Assembly: GCA_000092065.1 (NCBI GenBank)
Contig: CP000591.1
Direction: 5' to 3' (one strand)
DNA from: Ostreococcus lucimarinus
Lineage: Eukaryota
DNA: 64,000 bases
In this document: positions 48,613-59,063 of the stretch, piece after piece
Position numbering within the stretch: the stretch's first letter is position 1
Layout of the letters: each line of letters opens with the position of its first letter
Program-made: the position numbers and the translations under genes
The notes under the pieces: generated by a model
Told to the model about the DNA's origin: nothing
What the model saw: the letters and a program-made list of their open reading frames with translations, nothing else
Databases searched by the model: none

Positions 48613-48699
48613 TATAGTGCAATGAAATCGTGAGCCAGTGGAGTCTACAGAACAAATTTGTTTATCAGTTTACAAAGAGCTTTATCGGCGCGCAAATGA

Positions 48700-49719
48700 T
48701 CACTTTGACCAGTGCTTCTTATCGATCTCATCGCGCGTGTTGTCGCGGAGTAAAAATAATCTCGCAGCCCGCTCGCGCAATGTGCCTCCGCACTTTAATT
48801 TTTGCGCGGTGAGTTCAGCTTTCAGGCGCTCTAAACCGACCGCCTCGAGCGCCTCCGCGCTATCAAATCGCGTCAAATCTAATGGCCCTTCTTCCTTCTG
48901 CTCCATCACAGGCGGCGCCATCGTCGGCGCCAACGTCGGTGACTGCGAAGTGGACGCCTCCGGCTCGTTCGCGCGCGCGAGCGCGGGCGCGGGCGCCGCC
49001 GGAACGACTCTCGCCTTCTTCGCCGCCGGAAACAACAACGCAGAATCATCGAAATCTTCGTCACTCTCACTCTCACTCTCACTCTCGTCATCGTTCCCCA
49101 CCACCGCTTTTCCCTTTTTCGCCTTCTTGCGTTTCGCCGCTTCGATGGCCGCCGCATTCTTAAACCCACTCGCCACCGCGTCGTTCACGCTCTCGCTCAC
49201 CTTTGCGCTCTCCGCGTGATACGCCTCTCGCTCCTTCTCCTCTAACTCCCTCAGTCTCGCCGCTCCGCTTCCTCCGGCTTGCGATTTCAAGTATTTCTCC
49301 GCCTTCGCCTCGGCATCTCGCTCCGCTTTCTCCGCCTCCCACGCCGCGATCTTCTTCTCTCCGTTCACCGCCCGCAAGCGCCGACCGCTCAGGTCGCGAC
49401 AGGCGTCGAAATTCGTCGTCTGCGTCCCTCGTCGCGCCGACGCGCGCAGCTGCGTGCCGAAGCCGCCCTTGCCGCCGAGTAAGCCACACGTGACGTGCGC
49501 GATCAAGGCATCGCTCGCGCGAACCGTCGCGTCGCCGCGCGCGCGCGCGGAACGCGAAAATGCGACGCGCGCGCCGTAGGGCACGAGCGCGGCGTCGCGC
49601 GCGCGCAGGGCGTCGACGACGCGCGCGAGGTCGCGCGAGCGGTCGCGATCGTCGAGATCGCACTCGACGCATCGCGTGCGGCCGTCCAGGGCGCGCACGA
49701 GAACGTTGACGCGAGGCAT
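48700..49719 (-). CDS. SDE2: SDE2-like replication-stress/telomere maintenance protein (UBL with GG|KGG processing motif, C-terminal SAP)
   Basis: [14 protein letters not shown]...[23 protein letters not shown] match to SDE2 core; C-terminal SAP-like [40 protein letters not shown]. Confidence 0.75.
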   Translation of the reverse strand: MPRVNVLVRALDGRTRCVECDLDDRDRSRDLARVVDALRARDAALVPYGARVAFSRSARARGDATVRASDALIAHVTCGLLGGKGGFGTQLRASARRGTQTTNFDACRDLSGRRLRAVNGEKKIAAWEAEKAERDAEAKAEKYLKSQAGGSGAARLRELEEKEREAYHAESAKVSESVNDAVASGFKNAAAIEAAKRKKAKKGKAVVGNDDESESESESDEDFDDSALLFPAAKKARVVPAAPAPALARANEPEASTSQSPTLAPTMAPPVMEQKEEGPLDLTRFDSAEALEAVGLERLKAELTAQKLKCGGTLRERAARLFLLRDNTRDEIDKKHWSK

Positions 49720-49867
49720 GACGACGCGCGCGTCGGATTCTGAGGCGCGCGCGCGCGCGGCGCGGACGCGACGCGCGAGATGGCGCCCGTGACGGTCGCG
49801 CGCTACGTTCTAACGATTTGAATGACTAATGCTACGATGTGCGCCTGCGAGCGACCCGAGTTCGGGA

Positions 49868-50908
49868 TCAGAGCGAGTACTCGCCGCGTCTTCCCGCGCG
49901 CACGCGATGGAAAAACGCTCGGATGTGGAGCGAACTCTCGGCCAAGACGCTGAGGAGGAAGAAGAACAAACCGTAGACGAAAAATCCAGCGAAAGGCTTG
50001 TCTTTGGGGAATAGGATGAAGGATGAGATCACCGTCAGGGCTTTGCGGACGGTGGTGACGGCGGTGGCGGAGGTGGCGCCGAAGTGCCTGGTGAGCGTCG
50101 AGAAGAAGTAGGCGCCGAAATAAAACGTCACCGAGCGAGCGAAGAGCAGGACGAACGCGCCCTTGACCGTGCGAAGGTACGTGATCGACCCCGAGCCTTC
50201 GAATATGACGACAAATAAGAACGCGAACACGGTACCGATGGCGTTCGTGTACAGGATATTTTCTCGCACGCCCGCTCCGTAGTTCCGCATCGCGTGCTCG
50301 GACACGTTCGTCTGCAGCGATCCCAAAAAGATCGCCACCACGGACAACCCGAATCCCAGAGCCAACTTCACGTCTTCCGACAACCCCAAAACCGCTTCCC
50401 CGTCGTTCGTCGTCGCCGTCGCCGGCGTGGGCATCGTCGCCTCGTTCGATCCCAACTCGCGCTCGGCGATTCCGAAGAACGCCACGGCGACGACGAGCAG
50501 CGACGCCGCCACCACCTGATGCGGCTTGTACGTCCGCCGCAACCAAACCGCGCTGATCGCCATCGTAAACACTAATTTAGACGATCGCAACACCGTCCCC
50601 GTGGCGTAATTAATCCATTTATAACACAGCTTCCCCACCGCGCTGTACGCCGCCAACAGCAACGCCTGCAGCGCGTACAGCTCTAAAGGCGCCTTCCGCT
50701 TCGCAAACAGCGTCCCGTCCGCGATCGAACTCGCGGACGATATCAGCGCGAACACCATCAACTCCGCCAGCGCCACCGTCCAGTAATAGTCAAAATTCGG
50801 CAGCGACTTGTACACGTATTCCTCAAAGTAGCACGACGCGCCGATGAAGACAATCGCGCACGTCCCCGCCACCGCGAACGCCGCGTTTTCCGACATCTCC
50901 GCCCCCAT
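49868..50908 (-). CDS. Nucleotide-sugar/PAPS transporter-like (SLC35/UAA family); Arg-rich ORF-track extension to 51778 rejected
   Basis: Start MGAEMSENAAF (50908); about 10 TM helices, UAA-type topology. Confidence 0.75.
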   Translation of the reverse strand: MGAEMSENAAFAVAGTCAIVFIGASCYFEEYVYKSLPNFDYYWTVALAELMVFALISSASSIADGTLFAKRKAPLELYALQALLLAAYSAVGKLCYKWINYATGTVLRSSKLVFTMAISAVWLRRTYKPHQVVAASLLVVAVAFFGIAERELGSNEATMPTPATATTNDGEAVLGLSEDVKLALGFGLSVVAIFLGSLQTNVSEHAMRNYGAGVRENILYTNAIGTVFAFLFVVIFEGSGSITYLRTVKGAFVLLFARSVTFYFGAYFFSTLTRHFGATSATAVTTVRKALTVISSFILFPKDKPFAGFFVYGLFFFLLSVLAESSLHIRAFFHRVRAGRRGEYSL

Positions 50909-51247
50909 GAGCGCGCCTCCGTACGCGCGTCCGCCGTCCGCGGCGCGCTCGACGCCCGGCGCGTCCCAGTCCGCCGTCGCCGTCGCGGGCGCGTCCCTCC
51001 GAACACCATCGTGGCCCGTCTGCGATCGCGCGAAACCGCGGCGCGCGTCAGTCGGCGAACGCGCTCGCGGTTCGCGCGATCGGCGCGTTTTCGCGCGTTT
51101 TCGCGCGCGTCCTCGCGCGCGCGCACCCCGAGCAGCAGCGTCTCGCGCTCGCTGCGGTCGCTCGACGACATCGCGCGACGCGCGCGACACAGAGTGACGC
51201 CGCGCGCGCGGCGTCGAGATCCGCTCGGCGCGGCGACGACGGCGTCG

Positions 51248-51491
51248 ATGACGTCCGCGTCGATGGTATCGACGCTCGCGGCGCGCGCGAGAGCGAACGT
51301 CGCGCTCGCGGTCGTCGCGATCGCGATCGCACTCGCGTTGTTCCCGCTGCTCGCGCCGCTCGCGCTGGGCGGTTTCGTCGTCGCGCGCGCGGTGCGCAGG
51401 GACGCGCGCGAGGAAGAGGACGTTTCGGTGAAGCCCGTCGCGGGGACGGGCGGGGACGTCGCGGTGCGAGAGAGGGCGCGGGTGGAGGTTG

Positions 51492-51551
<60 letters not shown>

Positions 51552-54133
51552 CGGTGGCGCTCACGGGCTCGGCGGCGATGCTGGCGAAGATGCGGAAGAG
51601 CAGCGCGTTGACTGGAGAAAAACGCGCGACCGCGGCGCAGGGTGCGAGCACGAGCGCGAAGGATGGTGTGGATGAGACGGCGACGAACGCGAAAGCGACC
51701 CGAACGTTTATATTGCACGGCGGCGAAGCGGCGTCGCAAATCGCGAAGGATTTGGCCGCGCAGGCGGAGAAAGAGCACGGAATTGCGTTGAATGTGATGA
51801 CAATGGATGATTTCAGAGACGTAGAGTTCGATAAAGAACCCTGCGCGGTGGTTTTCGTGGTCGAGACGGTAGAGAACGCGCAGCCGGCGGAAGCTGCGGG
51901 ATCTTGCGTGCGCTTCTTCAATCGGAAACGTAAGGAAGGGACGAATCAGGCTATGCTGGCGGGGAAGATGTCATACGCGGTTTTAGGACTCGGTGATACA
52001 AACTTGTTACTCGATCGCCAGACGACGACGGCGAAAGATTGTAACCAGGCTGCGCAGACGTTGGATTCGGCGCTCGCCGCTCTCGGCGGCGCTCGAATCG
52101 TCCCCCGCGGCGAGGCAAACGACGCCGTGGGTTTGGACGAAGACGTTGTACCGTGGGCCAAGTTGCTTTTCCCAAAATTGTCTGAAGTTCACAAAGGGAT
52201 TGAGGCGAAAAAAAACGCAAAGCTATGCTTCTTGTACGGCTCGCAGACCGGTAACGCGACGGAAATTTGCAAAAATCTCGCCGCCGAGGCGAGCGAGAAG
52301 GGGTACCCCGTGGAGGTGTGCGCGATGAATGAGGTCGAGCCAGAAGATGTCATCAAACCTGGCGCTGTGATTACGTTCGTCGTATCCAGCACCGGCGACG
52401 GTGACGCTCCGGATAACTGCGACACATTCTTCACTCGCCTCAAGCGCAAGGCAAAGAAGGAAAAAGGCGAGGGCGCCATCGGCGTCCAGTACGCCGTCCT
52501 AGGACTGGGTGATCAAAACTACAGCGCGTTCATGGCTGTGCCGCGTCAGTTCTCGCAAACGATGGAGAACTTGGGCGCGAAGTGTTTCGCTAAGCGCGGT
52601 GAATGCGACGACACACTTGGTTTGTACGAACAAGTTGACGCATGGACGAGCACGTTTTGGTCTCATCTCGAAGTCGCTCGAGGAAACTCACACAAGTTGC
52701 GCGAGGGTGAGACAATCGTGGAAGACGCTAATGCCGCCACTGAAGCTCCAAAAGGCGATTCGAAGCCACCGCAAGCGGCTGCGCCGGCGAAGAAAGTCGA
52801 AGGCGTGCCACCACTACCAATCTGCCGATCTGAAGTGCAGTGGCTGCCGAAAACGACAGAAGTGGTTGCTAATCGCGTCGCGCCCGGTCCAGATTCCGAA
52901 GGTGCATACACCGTCTCCTCGCCGTACATGGCGACTATTCACAAGCGTGAGGTACTCACAAACTTGAAATCCGATCGGCGAGTGTTGCACATGGAGTTTG
53001 ATCTCGGATCAAGTGGGATCTCTTACAAGCCGGGAGATTCCATTGGCATCGTACCGCAGAACGACGCCGAGCTGGTTCGAGCCATCGTCGATCGGCTGGG
53101 TCTCGATCAAGCCGCCATTTTCACGCTGAATTGGAAGAAAGGTGACACGAATGAACACGCGACTCATCCGTTGCCGCATATTCACACCCCGTGCACGGTA
53201 AAGAGTGTGTTCACGAATTATATCGACATCACGGGATGTCCGCGTAAGTCGCTCCTTCGCGTTCTCGCCGAACACTGCGGCAACGCGGAGGAAAAAGACG
53301 CCCTCTTGCACCTTTCATCGCGTGGTGGTCGAGCAGAATACGAAACACAGATTCGCGCGCAGTCACCGACGCTATTGACGCTCTTGAACAATTATCCGAG
53401 TTGTTGTCCTCCGTTAGCCGAGCTTTTAGATGCCCTCTCTCCGCTCGCGCCGAGACTGTATTCGATCACATGCGCGCCCGAGGTGGCACCAACAACGCCG
53501 TCGGTTGCCTTCAGTGTCGTGCGGTTCCAGGTACCCAGCGGTGAACATCGCCTCGGCGTCGCCACGAACTGGCTCGACGAGATATCGGTCGACGACAAGT
53601 GCGAGCACAAAGTCCCGGTGTACATCAAGCCAAGCTTGAAGTTCGGCCTGCCCGAAGACTCGAGCGCGCCGCTAGTGATGATTGGTCCGGGTACCGGCGT
53701 CGCACCATTCCGCGGTTTCCTCCAGTCCAGACGCGCTAAAGCACAAAAAGGCGGTCGATTATCTGAAGCTATGTTGTTCTTCGGCTGTCGCAAGGCAGAT
53801 GAGGACTTCCTGTACGAAGCCGACTGGAAGAGTTTCACCGCCGATGGCTCGCTGACAAAGCTCGTCTGCGCCTTTAGCCGCGAGACCGCAGAAAAGGTAT
53901 ACGTGCAGCACAAAATTGAAGAGCACGCCACCGAAGTCGCGCGCTTAATCTCTGAGGGCGCTTACGTCATGGTATGCGGCGACGGCGCGCACATGGCCAA
54001 GGATGTCCACGCCGCCCTCGTCCGCGTCGTCGCTCAAGCCGGCGTCTGCGGCGTCTCTGACGTCAAAGCCGCCGAGGCTCTCCTCGCCGACTTCACTAAA
54101 TCCGGTCGTTACGTCCGTGATATTTGGAGCTAA
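51248..54133 (+). CDS. NADPH-dependent diflavin oxidoreductase (CPR/MTRR/NDOR1 family) with N-terminal membrane anchor, poly-Thr linker and two tandem flavodoxin-like domains
   Basis: TM anchor NVALAVVAIAIALALFPLLAPLALGGFVV; degenerate flavodoxin-like domain 1; canonical FMN motifs CFLYGSQTGNAT, VVSSTGDGDAPDN, YAVLGLGDQNY; FAD RLYSITCAP; NADPH GPGTGVAPFRGF, YVMVCGDGAHMAKDV; C-terminal W. Confidence 0.85.
51502..51550. repeat. (ACG)n coding microsatellite giving 16-residue poly-Thr linker
   Basis: Seen directly; in frame within diflavin reductase. Confidence 0.9.
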
Positions 54134-54354
54134 CGCACGCGCGTTCGTATTGTTTAGATTTTAATTTCTCATTTCATTTCATTTCATTCCACTCCACTCT
54201 CGTTCCGTTTCACCAAACTCCTGCGGGCGAGTTGGGTGTTACGCGTACACGCGCGCCCCTCAGACCCGCGCGCGCTTCGCCGCGGGCTAAAATGCGCCGT
54301 CGTGATCGAGGAAACGACCCTCCGATGGTGTCGTCGACGTTCGTCGTCGTCCTC
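52619..54354. repeat. Segmental direct repeat, copy 1 (1736 bp; 3' 1.5 kb of diflavin reductase + 3' spacer + first 28 codons of GH1 signal peptide)
   Basis: Matches 59064-60799 at constant offset 6445 except 2 substitutions (52717 c/t; 53709 t/g); divergence begins exactly at 54355 vs 60800. Confidence 0.95.
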
Positions 54355-54522
54355 GTAGCAAGCAAGTTTAGAGCTTGCTAACTTTTGACTGTAGAGGAAC
54401 ACGCCAAGTTCGTCGATGGACTTACGAAGCTGGGCAAAGGCAACTGGCGTGGGATCATTCAACACTTCGTTCAGTCTCGAACGCCGACGCAGGTCTAATC
54501 ACACGCGATAGATCGGTCGAAC

Positions 54523-55386
54523 TTAAGTCTGGGGCATTTCAATCTCTCGGTCCAAAGCTTCCGCGCCCAACGCCGAATATCTACATCGTGAGCGTCGTGC
54601 ACGTGTTGAAACTGCCCACACTGACACCATGGTAGTCGCCAACAAGCCCAGCGTTACGTAGACAAGTGTCAAACAACTGAAGTAACTGTTTTGAGGCGAA
54701 CGCTCTGAGGCGAAACATAGAGCGCCGTGCAAATCTTCATCAGGTTCGAGCGTGATGTTACGTTGAAGAACGAATACGTATCGCTTGAAGGGCATTGATG
54801 CGCCACCTGAAGCTGTGATATGAAATTCCACCGTCTCAATCGAAGCAGATTTCTCAGGTGCGCACCAAATTAAGTTGTGGACGGTGGCTTTGCGCGTCGT
54901 GTACATGCGTCGACCAGAGCAGGCGGTGGCCGGCCTGTTCACGTTCCCATTCAAAAGCACGCCTTGATCGTGAAAGGATCCCGCAGAAGCGGTGATCAGC
55001 ATCATCGAATTCGGGTCTTCGTGCGATGCCGCGAGACCCAAGCGGCAGCCATCGCAATATTCTCGTTTACCGGGAGGGAACGTCCACGCAGCGGGGATCT
55101 GCCTCGTGGGTTCATTTTCGTCGTACTGCGCATCCTCAACATCAGTGTGGTTTGCCCAACTCAGCAGCACACTCGTGTTTGTGGCATCTATCGGTGCTCC
55201 GTGACCAGCAGCACGACGTGTGGGGTGTACGCGAGCCATCCCACCTTCGCAACGCGCGTCGAGGCGCAGTTCGGTCGGATACGACTCCACCAAAACCAGT
55301 CGCCAATCGAAGATTGCCACGGCGACGGCGGCGCATAGGCGCGCCGGATGCCGCAGACACATGTCGCCGCGTCGACATCGGTTCAT
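54523..55386 (-). CDS. Lineage-specific type-I membrane glycoprotein (signal peptide, about 210-aa ectodomain with 3 N-glycosylation sequons, C-terminal TM, short basic tail)
   Basis: Signal peptide MCLRHPARLCAAVAVAIF, sequons NTS/NHT/NIT, TM CLTLVYVTLGLLATTMVSVWAV; lower-GC codon usage. Confidence 0.5.
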   Translation of the reverse strand: MNRCRRGDMCLRHPARLCAAVAVAIFDWRLVLVESYPTELRLDARCEGGMARVHPTRRAAGHGAPIDATNTSVLLSWANHTDVEDAQYDENEPTRQIPAAWTFPPGKREYCDGCRLGLAASHEDPNSMMLITASAGSFHDQGVLLNGNVNRPATACSGRRMYTTRKATVHNLIWCAPEKSASIETVEFHITASGGASMPFKRYVFVLQRNITLEPDEDLHGALCFASERSPQNSYFSCLTLVYVTLGLLATTMVSVWAVSTRARRSRCRYSALGAEALDREIEMPQT

Positions 55387-55455
55387 AGGGTTGTAGCGCC
55401 CGTCCTGGTCCTAGCCCGTCATGTAGCGTTGACGCGCGTGTTCTGCCCCACCCAA

Positions 55456-55490
55456 GTCGTCTGTCGTCTGTCGTCTGTCGTCTGTTGTCG
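55456..55490. repeat. (GTCGTCT)n microsatellite in shared promoter of the island gene pair
   Basis: gtcgtctgtcgtctgtcgtctgtcgtctgttgtcg seen directly. Confidence 0.85.
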
Positions 55491-55938
55491 GGGGGTGTCC
55501 GTTCGCGACGGACAACATACCAGCAAAGCTATGACTCAAAGGCTTTGTTCGGTCACGCGCGCGCACGCTCGCACGACTGAGCGCCGTCGACTCCTGATTC
55601 CACACGTTCAGCGTCGTCGGAATCATACGGGAAACCCGGCAGAGAAGCGCGGGGAAGTACGCATCGCGTTCGCGCGACACTGTCCGACGTAAAACGCGTA
55701 TAATGAGACATTTTCCAATCAAGTTTTGTAAGAAGGTTGAAATATACTTAGTAAATAATTATGCGAGGCCCAATAGTTCTTTTAAATTATCTAATACGAC
55801 GTGCGACCGACCAAATCCGACTAATGCACGCGGCAAGTATGGAGGAGATATTTACATGGAGGATTATCCACTAGATATTTTTTGGATATTTACTCCGCAT
55901 CGAACGAGTTACGACTCAACAATAGAGGGACCGTTGCG

Positions 55939-55973
55939 CGTGGCCGGCACGTGCCGGCCACGCGCCGCCACGT
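55939..55973. promoter_or_regulatory. Perfect 22-bp palindrome gtggccggcac|gtgccggccac centred on CACGTG, plus second CACGTG 15 bp downstream; about 80 bp upstream of island gene B start
   Basis: Reverse complement identity verified by eye; CACGTG at 55947-55952 and 55968-55973. Confidence 0.55.
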
Positions 55974-56042
55974 GCGCGAGGTCCCTACGCCCGTCTCTCC
56001 GCAAGCATCACACGACGACGCGAGGAATTCTACGCGAAGAAG

Positions 56043-57713
56043 ATGCAAATCGAACGAAGGAAACGAAATGCGCGAGCGCTCTGCGCACTTGTTGTTTCTG
56101 CGACGCTTGCGAACACCGCGAGCGCGCAATTAACATACATCGCAGGATACGAGCCACGCTCCAACGTCGTCCAACATTCCCAAGTCGACTTGGACATAAG
56201 GGATATCATTAGTTCTTTCCCGAAGTGGAAGGGTGGAGACAGCATTTACAATGGCGGACTTCTGAACGACTGCACCACAGTGGCAGGCGCGTGCAACTGG
56301 AATGGGACCAGTAGTCTATACCCAACATTGTGGGACGGCACTTGTACGCACACCTGCCCTGCTGCTGACTCGGCAAATCCGGGCCAAAAGTGCACTTTAA
56401 GCGCGGCGGATGCATGTTTGTCCACTTACGGTATTTATAAGTATGGTAAGGGATCGTTCAAGGGGAACAACAAGGATGACGCGGCGTCGATGCGGACGCT
56501 TCGCGGGTTTGCAACGAAACTTGGTGATAAGGGTGCCTCAGCGCGTGTTGCCGCGAAAAACAACCCGTTTATCAACAAAATGAATAAATACTGGGCGAAA
56601 CAGGGGCTGAATGAATTGACTTGGGGTCAAGATATCATCGAAGCTGCTTTCAAAGGTACTTGTGTCAAGAACGGTAACTCGTGTGTAAAATCAGGGGGAG
56701 TAAATCTTCTCGATTTTGGCACGGTCGGAAACGACTTCAGGGTGGAAGTGATAAAGAAAGGTATTATTTACTTGAACATCTTTCCTTACGTCATTTGGGA
56801 ATTTCAAGACGCTATCAACGACTGCCATGGTGGTGACTTGGGCGCGAACGATGAAATTCCCGGAGGAGGTTCAGTACACGCTTGGGATGAAGCCGTAGCC
56901 TTTTACACTGGTTCGCTCGAGGGCATCTTAAAAGGCGGTAACAATGGCCTCGCCTCATGCGATGACGGTAATTGTGAGTTGCAATTTCAACTGTCAGATT
57001 ATCGCTGCACGAACTTCGGTACCTGCACCGCCGATGCTGATGGTGACCCGTGGAGTGGATACTCAAAAAATAATGAAGAGATCTTCAAACTCTTTCAACA
57101 AGGTGAAGGTGAAATTACTGAAGCCGCTGCAAGCTCCAATACTGCGGCGACGAAATGTGACTTGCCGGATCGCACCCACGAAAAGGCTGTTACGAAAATG
57201 CTTGTTCCTTTCGTGCAAGGATGCATGAGGTACTTGTGGAAGACAAAAGATTCGCAGAAAGCTAAGGAAGCAGGCGAGCTCTTTGCGTTTGCATCCGCTG
57301 CACTTCCTTTTATCGATGCGGTAGACCCTGTCGCCGCTACTAAGTTGTTCACACGTGCGTGGAAACTAGATTTCACTACTTACACGTATGAAGAAACTAA
57401 GCAGGGCATCGAAGGCACCCTTTCGAGACTCGGTGCTGGTGAGGGCATTGGTACAATATCTTGCGCTGACATTGGCGACCTCGTTGACAGCAGTGATCAA
57501 CTGCTCGCTGCTGGCTGCACGGATCCCTCATCTCCCTCATCTTCCAATAATGACACCACTCTCGGGCTGGGTATTGGGATTCCACTGGGTGCCATCGCAA
57601 TCACCGCGTTGGTATTTGTCGTGCTTTTGTGGCGAAAGAGCTCAGCAAACAGCAAGCGAGTCGAAGAGTTAACCATGCAGCTGAGAGGTCCTGGTAAGGA
57701 CTTCTATCCGTGA
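56043..57713 (+). CDS. Lineage-specific Cys/Gly-rich type-I membrane glycoprotein (signal peptide, about 500-aa ectodomain, Ser/Pro stalk, TM, short tail)
   Basis: Signal peptide ...CALVVSATLANTASAQ, more than 25 Cys in ectodomain, stalk PSSPSSSNNDTT, TM IPLGAIAITALVFVVLLW; lower-GC codon usage; 27-bp duplication at 3' end. Confidence 0.6.
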   Translation: MQIERRKRNARALCALVVSATLANTASAQLTYIAGYEPRSNVVQHSQVDLDIRDIISSFPKWKGGDSIYNGGLLNDCTTVAGACNWNGTSSLYPTLWDGTCTHTCPAADSANPGQKCTLSAADACLSTYGIYKYGKGSFKGNNKDDAASMRTLRGFATKLGDKGASARVAAKNNPFINKMNKYWAKQGLNELTWGQDIIEAAFKGTCVKNGNSCVKSGGVNLLDFGTVGNDFRVEVIKKGIIYLNIFPYVIWEFQDAINDCHGGDLGANDEIPGGGSVHAWDEAVAFYTGSLEGILKGGNNGLASCDDGNCELQFQLSDYRCTNFGTCTADADGDPWSGYSKNNEEIFKLFQQGEGEITEAAASSNTAATKCDLPDRTHEKAVTKMLVPFVQGCMRYLWKTKDSQKAKEAGELFAFASAALPFIDAVDPVAATKLFTRAWKLDFTTYTYEETKQGIEGTLSRLGAGEGIGTISCADIGDLVDSSDQLLAAGCTDPSSPSSSNNDTTLGLGIGIPLGAIAITALVFVVLLWRKSSANSKRVEELTMQLRGPGKDFYP

Positions 57714-58890
57714 GAGGTCCTGGTAAGGACTTGAGTCTTCTCTATGAGGTGCTGCTCCGATAGGCTACTACATTGAGCCCAGCACATTGAGCCCAAGAGC
57801 GAAGAGCTCGTTTAATTTAATGCACATACTACTTGAAATACCGTCTCACCATTTGCCGCCGTTTGCCGCCGCCGCGTTGATCGAGCATGACTTGGACGTG
57901 TTACCGAACGAAACGTAACGAGCCAGGTGGCGTTCGTAGGGTATTGAAATGCAGAAATTTGTATCCGTGAGTCGCAGCTAACTTTGAGCGCGACACGACG
58001 CGAGGTGCGCGCGAAGGCAAAAAGTTACATATTTTACCGTTTTTTTTCGAAATCACGTGTAGTGCATTATGGTACCACCTAAAACATGGTGGCTAATACA
58101 CACAGCACCACACTATAGATAAACACGACATATAATATGTACAGAACTACATTGAGCGGCTTGCCAAGCGTGGCCCACAGAAAGTTCTGGTTCGAGTCGC
58201 GCGTTTGTTGCGCGCAGCAGCTTTCCTTGCACTGCGAGCTCGAGTTTTCGCACGCTGGCTCAGTACTCTCTGTTCGTAAGGCGCGCGTGAAGGCTCTAAT
58301 CGAACGGAACTCCAGACGCGCGGCGTGTGGCATCGTTCGTCGCGCGCCGTAGGGCCACACACGTGCACTCCTCGCAGCAGAGACTACGCGTCTCCGCTCA
58401 CGTTCAGAGAACGAAGGGCGTGCGACGCAGTCTCGTCGGCACTGGAGCATTCTGAGGGCGCGCGCGAGGGTGACACTTGCTTACGCTGATGTTCTCGGCG
58501 GAGGTCCCGCGTACAGAGCGTCGCCGCGACGGCAAGTGACATGCAGCCACTCGAAGTCGTGCGACGAGCGGCGACGACGCGGTTGTAACGCACACGCGCC
58601 GGCCCCGGGCACGAGACGAAACCGAAAAGACGGTTCGTAGAAAAACGCGCGTGTTTGGCACGCGCCCGGTGAAACGTGAGCGAAAAACCGAAAAGTATAC
58701 CTATAGGGTGTAGCGCTTCGATGTATGATGCAAATGGAATTACGGTACTTTATACGAATGCCCCTAACGACGAGACGATACCGATTGGGTAAAGTTCTGG
58801 CGACCCGCCGCTACGCCCAACACAAATTGGTCCCACAGATGCATTCCCCAAAGTGAGGGACTGGAATCAAAGGCGGGCAAGAAAACCGCC

Positions 58891-59063
58891 GCATGGCTCG
58901 CACCCCGTGCACTGCCAGCGTCGCCCGAGGCCACGCTCCGCGTGAAAGTCGGCGCATCGCGTGCGAGCGCTGCCGCATAACTCACACCCCGTGTGCCGCC
59001 ATTATCGTCGCCTGAGGCCACGCCCCGCGAGAAAGTCGGCGGATCGCGTGCGAGTGCCGTCGC
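58891..59063. repeat. Two tandem degenerate about 85-bp repeats abutting the island/copy-2 junction
   Basis: caccccgtgcactgccagcgtcgcccgaggccacgctccgcgtgaaagtcggcgcatcgcgtgcgagcgctgccgc vs caccccgtgtgccgccattatcgtcgcctgaggccacgccccgcgagaaagtcggcggatcgcgtgcgagtgccgtcgc; second ends exactly at 59063. Confidence 0.7.

Larger units (their letters stand above)
54355..59063. other. 4.7-kb low-GC insert between the two direct repeat copies (candidate foreign/accessory island)
   Basis: GC about 47-52% in sampled stretches vs about 65-70% flanking; AT-rich stretches (55700-55900, 57800-58150); contains divergent pair of secreted/membrane protein genes. Confidence 0.7.

Noticed and set aside
50758-51921. 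387-aa minus-strand ORF and the Arg-rich N-terminal extension of the SLC35 ORF
   Set aside because: Low complexity poly-Arg/poly-Val from (ACG)n/(GTC)n microsatellites; antisense to diflavin reductase
57690-57745. Possible GT-AG intron donor (ggtaagg) at 3' end of island gene B
   Set aside because: It is part of a 27-bp local duplication spanning the stop codon; no matching acceptor/branch context and no other introns seen in window
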